A stretch of DNA of 63,536 bases, filler included, from Choristocarpus tenellus KU-1152 (lineage: Eukaryota; Protista; Phaeophyceae): NCBI GenBank assembly GCA_964200185.2. It is 8 parts of 8 records of this genome, joined end to end, with 100 filler letters (N's around TTAATTAATTAA, not from the genome) between each part and the next. Parts side by side here need not be neighbours in the genome. Positions count along the whole stretch, not along the records: positions 39,197 to 44,051 come from CAXNAD020012778.1; positions 44,152 to 49,878 come from CAXNAD020009898.1; positions 49,979 to 53,460 come from CAXNAD020019733.1; positions 53,561 to 57,141 come from CAXNAD020019128.1; 4 more parts are not named here. One strand, written 5' to 3'. Under the pieces are notes generated by a model, which saw nothing but the letters and a program-made list of their open reading frames with translations, was not told the DNA's origin and did not search any database. This document shows positions 40,410 to 54,759 of the stretch, piece after piece. Both the position numbers and the translations under genes were made by a program. Position 1 is the first letter of the stretch. The number at the start of each line of letters is the position of its first letter.

Positions 40410-43400
40410 CTAGAACAAATACATACATCCTAGGGAGTGCAAATACAGGAATCATCCAATCACTGCAGAAGCAGTGCTTATCCTGTCAAAATTTCTGCTT
40501 GATTTCTTGTGTGGTAGGACACAATATCCAACAGAGAAGCATTGAGACTGCTGTACCTTGGGCTTCATGTACAGTTGATATACAGTTGATATAAACTGAT
40601 ATACAGTTGGCTGTGACTGTTCTACTGGAACCACATGTTTGGGCCATCAAGTATGTTGGACAGTTCTGGGTGTGATATTCTGGAATACTCTATGTTGAAC
40701 AATACCCTACAAACTGTCCATTCAAAGACATGAGAGGTAGAGCATACCCCGTGTTGTACAGGACGTCTCACTACCCTATCTGGAGTTGGAGAAACCTACA
40801 CCTAGTATGGACAAGGGAAGCTGACATCGTCCTTCTTGAGTGTGGTCATCTTAACATGCCCCACGAGCATATCCATGAAAGAACAATGACATGGCCGGAA
40901 CAAACCACCCAAGTACGTACAACTCCTACTTTAAAAAAAAAATAGCAAAAAAGCATCAAAGCCCTGATTGCAACTGCGGTGGTTGCCAGAGAAAAACAAT
41001 GGAGGAAATTGGAGAACACACCATCTATCATCCTCCAATCGGGTTGTCCGTTAGCTCTCGTAGAGGATAGGATGGTGGAACTATTATATACAACGATGGA
41101 TAACACTCAAGTTTGGAAGGGCACTGCCACCATGAGAGGCACACACAATACACCAACCCATCCCGAATTCAAAAAAGCACCTGCCTGAGCTGCAGGGCAT
41201 GCCCTTTGACTACCACCCTGTTTCAGCTTGTACCTACACACCAACAACTACTTAGCACCCACTACATAGGTGACTACTCCTACACCAATGTCTCTGCAAT
41301 AAGTACCTGCTGGATGCACATCATCATCTCCCCCGGCCTGACGCGTCCCGTCCCCGCCCTATCCACCCTTGATAGTAGCTCCTGTAAGTGTCATATTTTT
41401 GAAATGTCAATTTGGAGAATCTCGAGAGACCTGTTACGACTTAATTCTTCACTACTATATATACCAGAGCATTTGTGTTGCCAAAGGATATATCCCGAAG
41501 GCTGCCTAAGATAGGAAGCTTATGTATCTACATATATGCACTCGATTCCATATTGCAACTACGTAGCACTCCAAATACATGCTCACGTGCCAGGATATGT
41601 ACCCACATACGCACTTTACTTGCGACCATCCCAGGTGTCGTGCTGTCTCTATGAAGATTCAAACAGGCGCACAAAAATGAATTTAAATTTAAAATAGAAT
41701 AGCATGGTAATGGAGCATATCAGCAGAGTGTAGTCAAGAGAGATGAACAGAGTATCTATCTACCTCTTAACACAGTAGTACACATTGAAACAATTGCAAT
41801 AAATAAAAGAATCAACCACCTACAAGCAAAGGGTATACCCATCCAATCCGTCCCACACCACTACATCTTTCTCCTCCCCTCCCAGGAGTCTCGTATATAC
41901 TTCCCCCGGTCTGTCTCAGCAGGCACCTCTCACCTCTAATACATCTTGACGAGCCAACAGACCAGAGAACACTGAGCTTAAGCGCTCATACCCCAGTGAA
42001 TGGAAGTAAGACTCATCCTTTATTCTGCGATAACAGCCCTCACCCTCTCTTTCATCCTCATTTTTGTCTCCTCTCTGACTACCAGACTCACTCCAGCAAT
42101 TGGTCATGCCGTTTGCCACTCTGTTGACGTCATCATGCACTGATCCAGTCAACGGAATGTGACTGAAGTTGCCCCCACTAGAGCCTCTTGGACTGTCCTC
42201 CCGCTCTAGCCTGCAGTAATTGAGTAGTTTGTCCACACCACCAGCTGAGTGGGAATTTTCCTTGCCTGCTGGAAGCGTCACTTGTGGCGCCAATGACATA
42301 TTCTTCTTCGGGCAGCTGCTGTCTCTACTGCTTCCCCCTTCAATCATAATCTGTCCAGTCTCTTCCCTACGTGCTGGTGACCTGCAGCTGGTCAGGGCAT
42401 CGCTCACACCACCAGTTGAGAAAGAGTATTTCTTGCCTGCCTCTGCTGCTACGGATACACCAGACACCATCGGTTCTGCCATGTTCACATCTGGAACAGA
42501 AAATGATACCTTCGGGCTGGTGTTGTCCCCATCTACTGTCCCTTCCATAACACTATTCTCTTGTCCCTCATCGTTATCACCTCCTGATGCTGCCATCCTC
42601 AGGTCTGTAAACTCTGCACTGCCACCTCTATCTTCCTCCTGGGTCCCATGGCTTGGTGTGGGGGTCAATCTGACACTCGCTGGAAAAATCTTGTTCTCCA
42701 CCTTGTCCCAGTTTTTTCCCTCTTCTCTCTGCAAGCCTCGTGGGTGGTCTGTGCACCCCTCGATTGCTGATGATTGCACCTTCGCATATGGTAAGCAGTT
42801 GTCTGAGTATGGTTTGATGACTGTTCCCCCTGTACTTGCTCCAACAATGGAGGGAGATGGCGGTGGAGGGTGCTTCGTGTCACCACTGTAAAGATGTCGA
42901 GTTCCAGCACTGTATCAGAAGCCGTAGGGAGGGGTGTTGGATTGAAGAGGCACAAAGTCGTGAGAGGAAGGTGGCCATACGAGGGGAGGAAGTTATAATA
43001 GTGTACTGGTTGGGGTTATGAGAGAGTAATATAGAGTCCAGTTTCTTTGACCTAACAATTGAAATATAAATATAGCTCTAAGCTCCTCTTGATTCTTCCC
43101 TCCACATGCTCTCAACGACCAAGAATAGGGTGACGAACTATCTACCCTGGTCCCGCCAATACCGACGAGGGTGCAAAACAGCAGCCCCTCACCTGCCCCA
43201 GTAGTTGACAAGCTGTGTGAACATCTCGATGTCACAGCCACGACCTGTGCCAGCGGAATCTAATGCCTGGTATAGCCGGTGCTTGGCGTCAGCATCAAGC
43301 GGTACTCTTGCCCTCTCCAAAGCAAGCAAGAACTCCTGGCGTCCAAGTGAACCAGCGGAGCCGAGGTCAACCTGTTGTGATCCACAATTTAGTCAACGTA

Positions 43401-43649
43401 GGGTGGGATTAAGGTTGGAGGTGTTTGCGGGAGGAACGTTTTGAAGTATGGAGAACCACCCACCTCTACATAAAGCCCACACGTCCACCTGTCTCATGAT
43501 ATCTGCGAGCCTGGCAGCTCCAACTGGTGCATCTGAGAAAGCATGTTTGGCCCTAGCGAGTCCTGATCCAGTGTGTCCAGATATGAGGGCGATATCTCTG
43601 TAGCATTTTACCTCCGCCAGACTTAGACGCCTTCGCCGTGTCTGCCGAA
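39607..43649 (-). CDS. Protein with degenerate EF-hand-like motifs and a long Ser/Gly/Glu-rich disordered insert (5' end missing)
   Basis: Phase-compatible GT-AG exons 43649-43489, 43371-43193, 42885-41934, 41381-41307 and 40311-40096, plus a tentative last exon 39672-39607. Loops: VDLGSAGSLGRQEF, LDSAGTGRGCDIEMF, VDRAGTGRVRPGEM, GSGVWVEWRAAI. Confidence 0.7.
39798..40045 (+). mobile_element. MITE family A copy in an intron
   Basis: Both TIRs present; flank CATT on the left and (C)ATT on the right. Confidence 0.88.
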
Positions 43650-44151
43650 CTGGGAATGGACTGATCCAACATGATGATTCAAATGGATATGGATGGAGAC
43701 GTGCAATTATTTACATGTGAGCAAGTTGGAGAGAAAAGCTCGAAAATTTAAACAAGAAATTTAGAGTTCGATCCCTTTGGGCTTCAGCTAGATAGCGCAT
43801 GAACTCACAGCTGGACTTCGAAAGCCGACATGCGTGTTGACTTCTCAATTCTCGGGTTTGGTTTGGATGTTTGGATACGATCAAGCAAGATGCTGAAAAC
43901 AACGGTTTTTACATCTCGCTCTGTAGCGCTATGTGAAGGGCTGATACAGGTCTATACTATAAAAACGTATTATTGTGAGAGCCACATTCCACAGAAGGTA
44001 TACCCTGAAGGTTACCTATCTTGAATATTATGTAGAAGGTATACCCTGAAGNNNNNNNNNNNNNNNNNNNNNNNNNNNNNNNNNNNNNNNNNNNNTTAAT
44101 TAATTAANNNNNNNNNNNNNNNNNNNNNNNNNNNNNNNNNNNNNNNNNNNN

Positions 44152-44221
44152 ACCAAAAAAGTGAAAATCGAAAAAGGGTGAAAAACGGACGCCGACACCC
44201 CCCCCCCAGATACTTTGACCC
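44152..44221. mobile_element. MITE family B-type terminus at contig start
   Basis: CGGAC...CCCCCCCCAGATACTTTGACCC. Similar termini at 49852-49878 and a short complete element at ~53914-54033. Confidence 0.6.
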
Positions 44222-44437
44222 TGTTCCAATTGGTCCACAGCAAAATGATGATGTAAGTACATTAATTCTTGCATTCTTTTCGAGACCCTTTTCTTAGAGT
44301 GCCCTCGTGGAGACAGTTGAGGCAACCAAAATACAATACAACTTGAGGGATCCGACACCAGAGAAAGAGTGGCGCTACTGCAAAGGCCACAAGGTTCCTC
44401 CTAGATAGACAATCGTGACAAAGGTAGGCACCCTCCA

Positions 44438-45140
44438 CATGATGGTCCCTCCTATTCACCATAATCGGCCTCTATTTGCCACTGGCGACAACCGTAAGCT
44501 GTGAGCCCCTTGCCAACCCATACACTAAACATGCAATAGATATCGTTCCAAATTGTGTCACATCCGTGACTCCCTTACATTGACACCATGCACAGCGTGA
44601 GAATCGTAAATATGCACTTCTCAATCGACGGCAGACCCTTCGTGCACACATACAACCATCGCCCCCTGTTTTGCAAAAGTTTGCCAACTGTCAAACCAAC
44701 CCAAAACTCGAAGTTACTATTTTCTTTCCTGTATCAACGTCTACCATGTACACCTAGCACTTGTTATAGGAATAGGTAGCTAATATACTACATGCACGGT
44801 CCCCCCCACTCACAATAATCGGCCTCTATTTGCCACTGGCGAAAGACTCCCCCCTCCCGCCCCTTGTCCACCCATACACTAAACACGCAATGTGTATCGT
44901 TGCAAATTACGTCACATCCGTGCCTTCCCTTTACGTCGACACCACGCGCAGTGTGAGAATCGCACATACGCACTTCTCAATCGACCACAGACCATCCGTG
45001 CACACGTACAATGATTGCCCTCTATTTTGCATAAGTTTGCCAACCGTCAAACTCGTGCAAGACTCAAAGTTATTGTTTTCTTTCCTGTCTTAACGTCAGT
45101 CATGTACGAAACACTTGTTACAGGAATAGGTAGCACATAT
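44438..45140. repeat. Two diverged tandem ~350-bp units
   Basis: ATAATCGGCCTCTATTTGCCACTGGCGA...GTGAGAATCG...CTTGTTAYAGGAATAGGTAGC occurs twice, starting ~44438 and ~44791. Confidence 0.88.
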
Positions 45141-45997
45141 CATCCCAAAGAAAATGGCATCGCATCGAATTGGTCACAAGACGCTGCCTCAGCACCAACA
45201 CTGACTCCAACATGTACCACCCTTGCTGATATATACACACAATCACTATACCCCTTAGGATTGGACGGATAGGGACTGCAGAACGAGGGTACGAGGGTAG
45301 AACTCTGAGTAACACGTCTACGAAACTTCTATACATCGACACATTCAGAACCCAGGAGATAGTCCACCTTCCGGCTTACAAGATCGACCGAGCAGGACGA
45401 CACGACCCGTGTGTCCCCAACCTCAGTGGCATAAAGTCCATGTACAGGTTCTTCACTGGTCAGCACACCACACCGGAGACTCCCGTACATTGATATACAC
45501 CGAGTTGCCGCGCTACTCCACGAACTGTTCCATCGGCAACCTGGCCCAATGCAGGCGGCAACTAACCCACGTGCCCCGCTTAAGGAAATAGACCTCGGAT
45601 TTTCCACAGAAACAGGAATGGGCTATATGTATTTGAGAAGTCACCTGTCGAGGAGGAAGGGACAGCTCGCTGCGGGGAACATATGTATTGTGTGGACAGA
45701 GCCATCGGAGTACAATAGTCTAGAGTTCTTGCCATTCACTGTACGCCGCAAGGACTCGATTCAATGGAATGTCTGGCACCATTCCAGCTACGGAGGGATG
45801 TTCAATGCTGGAGATGAGGTGGTCATTGTCACTGAAGAGTTCGAGGTGTTGAATACCAGCTTTTGTTGATGGAGTGCCAACTATTTGCATGTCACGGATG
45901 GACAAGGTGAGAAACGCCTTTTGTTGTTAGTAAGAGAACAATGTTCCACACGAATCAACCAATGCTGTTGATATACAGATGTTATATATCCCCTAAT

Positions 45998-46255
45998 GAG
46001 TGAAAGTATCTTAGAGGGTACGAATTTTTCCCTGTTTGTCCATTTTGGGCTTGGCTTCCCACGGGTTTTAATGACGTTCTACCAACTCCAAAATGTTTCG
46101 GAGTAGTTAAAATGTATCCGTTATGAAACGTTGTGTCCGGAACAAGGATATTGACATCTCGTAACAAACACGACAGCCAAAATTATATCAAGATTGCAAC
46201 ATTAGATTTTGACCCCCAAATGGACGCGGCTCTACCCTCTGAGACACTTTGACTC
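45998..46255 (-). mobile_element. MITE family A, full copy, TSD TAAT
   Basis: TAAT at 45994-45997 and 46256-46259. Confidence 0.92.
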
Positions 46256-46397
46256 TAATGTCCCCTCATGTACAAATATGATCCTCCCATAAGATCCAAC
46301 ACAAACCTCCAAACCACAACGGTGTTGAAACACTCGGTTCTAAGGTAATTTCATTCTCCTACTCCACAACCACAATCGTAAACTTTCACAGAATATT

Positions 46398-46655
46398 GAT
46401 TCAAAGTACTTAGAGGGTAGAGCCGCGTCCATTTGGGGGGCAAAATCAAATGTTGCGATTTTGATGTAGTTTTGACTATCATGTTTGTTAAGAGATGTCA
46501 ATATCCCTGTTCTGGACCCGCCTCTTCATGAAGTATACTTTTTTCCTACTCCGAAACATTTTGGAGTAGGTAAATTGTCACTATTAACCTGTGGGAAGCC
46601 AAGTCCCAAATGGACAAAAAGGGAAAAACTCGTACCCTCTAAGATACTTTCACTC
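46398..46655 (+). mobile_element. MITE family A (left arm of putative composite element)
   Basis: Full TIRs; left flank TATT, right flank TGAC, so no TSD of its own. Confidence 0.9.
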
Positions 46656-47733
46656 TGACTAGCTGTGTCACTCACCCAAATATTGGGCATTCCTATGGTA
46701 GTGCACCATTTGTGAAGATACCGTGCAGACAATGAAGCATGCATGTTTCTGCTGGCTCCAGCCACACAAAATTGCTCAGGTCGTCTACCATGACCAAGAT
46801 ATATTTGAACCCTGTTGATTCATCCAGGCCATTTTTCTCTAATGGACCACTCTCTCCGACGTTTAGGTAACCAAAGTGTAAAGACCTCTCCCACCTGAGT
46901 AGCATGCACCGTCTCACCATAGGTTCTGGGTACATGCTCACCAGCTTTGGAATCCATGCAATTCAAACAGTCCAGCGCAAACTTGCCAATATCGTCGTTG
47001 ATGTTGCTCCACATACAATATTGCCTTAAGCGCACCACCGTGTCTCCCTTCCCCCGATTTTCCAGCTCCCCCATGTGCACACACACGAGTAGGCGAGTTT
47101 TTGTAGCTCCTTGGATGAATCAGGAATCCATAGCGGGAATGATGGGTCCTCCCCAGCACAAAACACATGATCTTCACCCACAAGCCTTCAGCATTACATG
47201 CATGGCCTAAGGTGGTGAGTTATGTCCCGGAGATACTTGAAATGCATTGTTGCACTCAGACATCACATGGGGCAGACAAGTCCATGCAGATGTTGACATG
47301 TCTGCCTCGATAGTTGCCTTGACTGTAGTGTCCAGAGCACCGATGCGCTGCTGAAATTCTTCTTCCAGCTCCACCATCAAGGTCGGAGCACGTTCCAGCA
47401 AATGAGTGGCTTGAATCATCACCAATTTCACCACTGTCAAGACCTACACTCTCTTGTAAGGCCTCTATGCCGATACTCATTCGGCGTATGGACACACCAT
47501 CCTCTTGATCGAGACCAGCGATCCTCAGCTCCGACCGCCATTGAGCCTCAACATCGAACAATTTCCCCATATCAATGTTGAGATCATCCTTCAGAGTTTT
47601 GAATCCAATAATGAGCACATCGTCATCACCAGGGACGATGGCAAGTACTCAGTTCCTATGCACCACAGGTCCATATCCAGTGTGCAGGGCCACATGCATT
47701 GGTAGTGTCACCTCCTTGATCCCTCGTGAAGCA
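46656..47733 (-). mobile_element. Ty3/Gypsy pol fragment (integrase zinc finger and start of core), frameshifted
   Basis: VCAHMG...RLRQYCMW...CLNCMDSKAGEHVPRTYGETVHA, LHFGYL...KYILVMVDDLSNFVWLEPA, WCTTIGMPNIWVSD. Confidence 0.85.
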
Positions 47734-47990
47734 GAGCCAAAGTATCTTAGAGGGTAGAGCCATGTCCATTTGGGGGCCAAAATCCAGTGTTGCGATTTCA
47801 ATGTAAATTTGGCTATCGTGTTTGTTAGGAAGTGTCAACATGCTTGTTCCAAACACACCTTTCATAACATTAACATTATACCTACTCCGAAATATTTTGG
47901 ACTACGAAAATATCATAAAAACCCTAAGGGACGCCAAGCCCCAAATGGACAAACAGGGCAAAACTCGTACCCTCTAAGATACTTTCACTC
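47734..47990 (+). mobile_element. MITE family A (right arm of putative composite element)
   Basis: Full TIRs; left flank AGCA, right flank TATT. Confidence 0.92.
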
Positions 47991-48714
47991 TATTGATTAC
48001 AACCAGGTAGCAAGGGATCAGCAGGATGCATGTCTGCTCCTCGGAAAACACCTCTCTCTGACCAACTCGAGTTTCTCCATTTCTTCTTCTTTGGCATCAG
48101 CTTCCTAGCTTTTTGAGCATTGTGTCTGGCAGGGTCGTCCACCCATTTCATCGCCGTTGCAGCCATCCAGGTCCTTGCCTGATCTTTTGTCGGCCTCCCC
48201 CTCTAATTTTGCAGCTTCCCCACATTTGCTCGTGCCTCTAAGGTCGGCCCTCATCTTCTTGCTTTTGTTATTCACCATCCTAGTGTGTCTATAACTCAAG
48301 GTTGACTTTTGAGTTGCAAGAAAATCACTTGAAGCTGCTTAGCTACTCTCGTTCTCCCTGACCAACTATGGTTTTCTGTATTTTTGTTGCGCGATATAGA
48401 AAAATCTGAGACCTATCATTACAATCAAAAATCCACCCAAAATTTGAGAGGACATGAACACGTGAATATTTTCAGACAGGCTTCAAAGTTTTACATTGAC
48501 TTGAAGCTAAAGTCACACAAGCTTTCACCTCAATACATCATTTTTTAAAGAGCACAATATATATATATATATAATAATGAGATAATGACAATTATGTTGA
48601 ATGAACAAATTTAGCATAAAGTGAGAATTTTAAAAGTGCGTAGAAAGCGAGTAAGAAATCTGATCTCTACTTCGCTCGATAATAGTAGCAACATAAAATT
48701 TGTACACAAGTACT

Positions 48715-49110
48715 ATTTATCTTTGCTTACGAATTCGAATTCTTGATTATTATATTTTATTTTTTGTTGCATTCCACCCATTCTACCTCTCCCCCATTCT
48801 AACACCATTTGTGAACAACCAGTGGACCCCTTCGGCCATTGATTTCCAGTCACCAACCACATCCGATGACCAACCAGTGCGACCCGTTTGCCATTCCAGT
48901 TACCACCACTTTCCACTCCACCATACCATTCACCACAACTCAACCTCACTCCACAATAATCCAAGAATACCCCTTCATCATCCACTTCATACCGTGCCTT
49001 TGAACTAGAAGACATCTACCTCGCCCAAACTTGACCTCCCCCCTCCTGTTCCCCAGCATCCCAGTCCGTCGTGAGCAATCGAAAGGGTGGGTGGGTGGGT
49101 GGGTGGGAGA
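48715..49110. repeat. Dispersed repeat family ending in (GGGT)n; pieces also at 57242-57400 (inverted) and ~58300-58480
   Basis: CCGTGCCTTTGAACTAGAAGACATCTACC is mirrored at 57318-57347; GATGACCAACCAGTGCGA is shared with 58382. Confidence 0.8.
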
Positions 49111-50425
49111 GATTGCACGGAGGTTGTATTGTTCGAGCCCCTCCTCGTCTTGTACCACCATCCCTCGGTTCCTTTACATACTGACCATTCCTTCCTAACT
49201 AGTGCCTCCACCTACCAACCACTTCTTTAATTTCTCTCCTGCCTCTTCTGCCTCCTAATCACGCAGTACTTAACTCTTCGTTCACCCCTTGCCTACTTTT
49301 TCCTTTTCCTTGTTCACCTCTCCCTCCCCTACACCGCATTACCACCAGAATTCTTCCACCCACAAACCTCAGATTGCTTCATAAACTTTCCCTTTCTTGC
49401 GAACTAAATTGTACAACACATAATGGACATGGTCCAGACATGCCACGGAAAATATAGACTGACCACCACTTGTGGTCTGGTCATGGTAGAGAATGCTAGA
49501 CCCGGTCCGGTCGGCGGACATGGACCTATACTGTACCTACTTTGAAGTGATCGATAAGGTCCAGATATGATAGAGAATGTTTGACCAGGTTCGATCGGCG
49601 ATCGTGGACCGGCTCAACACCTTGTGGATATGGGCAGTGACATGCTAAGTGATTGCAAACCGGTCTGGTGGTGTGGGGATGGGATATAATGTGGAGTGTT
49701 TTGAGAGGATTGGTATGGGAGTGGAGCTGCGGAAATTGGCCGCATTTTTTGGTGACTGGAAACCTGTGGAGAAACGTAAGTCACATTGGTTGATCATGGG
49801 ATACTAGTGGCGGAAATTGGGGGCAGGGGTTTCATGCCGTGGTATTGAGAAGACCCAAAATATCTGGGGGGGGGGAGGNNNNNNNNNNNNNNNNNNNNNN
49901 NNNNNNNNNNNNNNNNNNNNNNTTAATTAATTAANNNNNNNNNNNNNNNNNNNNNNNNNNNNNNNNNNNNNNNNNNNNGGGATAGAGAGGGGGAGGGGGG
50001 GGGGGGAGATGTGAGCATGGGGGGTTAAAAATATAAGTAAAAAATACAAGGGATCTAATTGACCCCAATTGATGTACAGACCTACCTACATGTAAGTCTC
50101 CAGTCCAAACGAAAACCAAGTCAGTGTCTTTCCCGGGTAGCAAGCACACAATCGACCATGAGCAAAAAAGTCAAGAGAGACCAAAGCGGAGAACACTATA
50201 ATTAGATAGAGGTACATGAAGTGAGAATCATCCATCTAACCACCTTCAAGACCACTGCTCACAGGTCACACACTACAATACGACCTGTTGAAGTCCCCTA
50301 TCTCTCTCCCTTCCCCATTCTCCACCTCTTCACTACCTTCTTATCTCATCATCTACACACCTCAAAATAATAGCCCTATGCAGTACAGGTCACACCCAAC
50401 ACAAACAGCAACTCGACTAAAACTA

Positions 50426-52669
<2,244 letters not shown>

Positions 52670-53599
52670 CTGCAGTAGGGGGACGCAGGCAGATGCCAGG
52701 GAGAAGACAAATGAATGACAAAGGAGGCTGCACATCACACAGTTAACTCTCTGACATCAGGGAGGATCTCCAGGAAAATATATCCTATTCAAGGGTTCAC
52801 TATGGATAGAAACTCGGAGAGACATTCCCCCTCCCTCCCCACCCCCCTTTCCAGCAAACCTCAAAAGCATGACATTATGTCTCACTAAATAGTGTGTAAC
52901 CAAGTTGCAGTTAACTCCCTGCTCGCCATCAGAATGTCAACCCCCCTTCAAAAAAGAGTAAAAGTGGAAGGTATTGTGTGTATGTAATGTAAGAGGTCCT
53001 TGATATAATATTTCAGTTCACGGGACCACTTATTGAGACAGCCTAGATGATGGCCGTCACACAACAAACACACCCCAATGCCATACCTGTCATACCCCCT
53101 GCGTCCTTCTCAACAGCACCAACCAAAAATGATGAAGCCTTCTGCTGCTCTAAGCTAAGGGTCTAGATGCAGCTTGTGTATGTATATGCCGAAGGTTGAC
53201 ATCAACCAAAAAGCACACATGCTCTTGGCCATGTTCACACCACACTTGAACCAAAAAGATAACACCAAGAACACCTCCTTATAAAAGGTATGTGCAACAC
53301 CAAAGAAACCCCCCAACACACACAAAAAAAACCCAACCAACCAACCAACCAAGAAGGTGCCAACAATCTCATCCTTCAAACAGGACAAACAATGACACCC
53401 CTCATCAGGAGGTGAACCAGACCTCAACCCCCCCCCCCTACAAAACTCATCACCTCCCCCNNNNNNNNNNNNNNNNNNNNNNNNNNNNNNNNNNNNNNNN
53501 NNNNTTAATTAATTAANNNNNNNNNNNNNNNNNNNNNNNNNNNNNNNNNNNNNNNNNNNNGTGCGTTAATCTGTGAATTGGATTTGACTTGTACATCCT

Positions 53600-53830
53600 G
53601 GAAAGGTGAGCATTGAGGGGCGCCTGTAACATACCTTGAAATGTACTTCATACAGACCCTTCAAAGGGTAAAGTACGATCGGATTCGGACCATTAGTACT
53701 CTCACGTGGCCTATGGACTAGAACTTGATCGTCAGGGTCGAAAACGAGGAACACGAGACATTGGTTGACGCGCTCCTGGTTTTTAACGTGTTCATCATGG
53801 AGATTACGATGTACCAACTTAAATGCGAGC
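53600..53830 (-). mobile_element. Gypsy-like integrase C-terminal remnant
   Basis: FDPDDQVLVHRPRESTNGPNP...PLKGLYEV resembles F.PGD.VLV...KL..PW.GPY.V (GPY/F region). Confidence 0.5.
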
Positions 53831-54759
53831 TGTAAATTATCTTTGGTTTGCTGAGTAAAATCTTCAGTAGTGACATCTGAATCAGCATTAGAAAAAAAGA
53901 AAAGAACAATGACTGGTCAAAGTATCTGGGGTGGTGGTGGTTAGTTATGGGGCGTCCGTTTTGGTCCCAACGAGTTGCTCAAAATTTATAGCAATTGGTG
54001 TCCTCAGTCGTGGACCCCCCAGATACTTTGAAACAAGTTCGAAAAAATTCCGACACCGATTCAGAAAATATCTCTCACACGATTGTAAAAAGTGTTGATT
54101 TGCACAAATTTGTCAGCATCCTTTAAGTGCAACTCTGGGTACCTCTCCATTACTTTGACTCACGGGCACCTCCTCACTCACAACTCCAAGGATAGCACAT
54201 CCAGGCTCATCACCCACCTCAGTCAGTTTCACATCCAGAAACATAAGAAAATGGTTTAGCCTACCATATAGTCGACTGAGAAGGAAAAGATAACTAGGGC
54301 ATCACTGATTGATGAGAGATAGTGTTTTGAGAGTGGTCACTATGCCGAAGAGAGGCCAGGATCTTTTGTGTGACGAGTCGCTAGGGTAGATATTGGTATT
54401 CCCAGTTTGGGGCTTGATACAATCAACCGTCCTGTCGCCTGCGAGTACAGGGATGTCGATGCTTACGTCTTTCCTGGAGGAGAGCGATTTCAATATTGTA
54501 TCTGGTGTTGTGTTTAACATCAAGAGGGGGGCAGTCCATCAACGTGACATGAGAAGGCTTCCAGGGAGTGTATGATAGTCAAATGTGATAGAAATCCGAA
54601 TCACCACCACAGAAAACTGTGGAACCAGTATGCTGTTCATGCCATGCCGTCCGAATGTCAAAATACTGGGGGAAACAATAGTTTGCCGTACTTCCTCGTT
54701 TTTCAAAAATACTATTACAGTAAATTACACAATATTTCAAAAGGGGGAACAACAACCCC

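Noticed and set aside
42220-42891. 223-aa plus-strand ORF
   Set aside because: Antisense shadow of the large minus-strand exon 42885-41934.
39607-43649. EF-hand exons fused to the Ariadne-like gene as one transcript
   Set aside because: The Ariadne-like gene has its own ATG and acidic first exon, and the EF-hand gene has a plausible stop exon.
47770-48108. ORFs overlapping MITE copies (e.g. GQNSYPLRYFHS peptides recurring in several ORFs)
   Set aside because: Translations of a non-coding repeat; the recurrence reflects MITE copy number.
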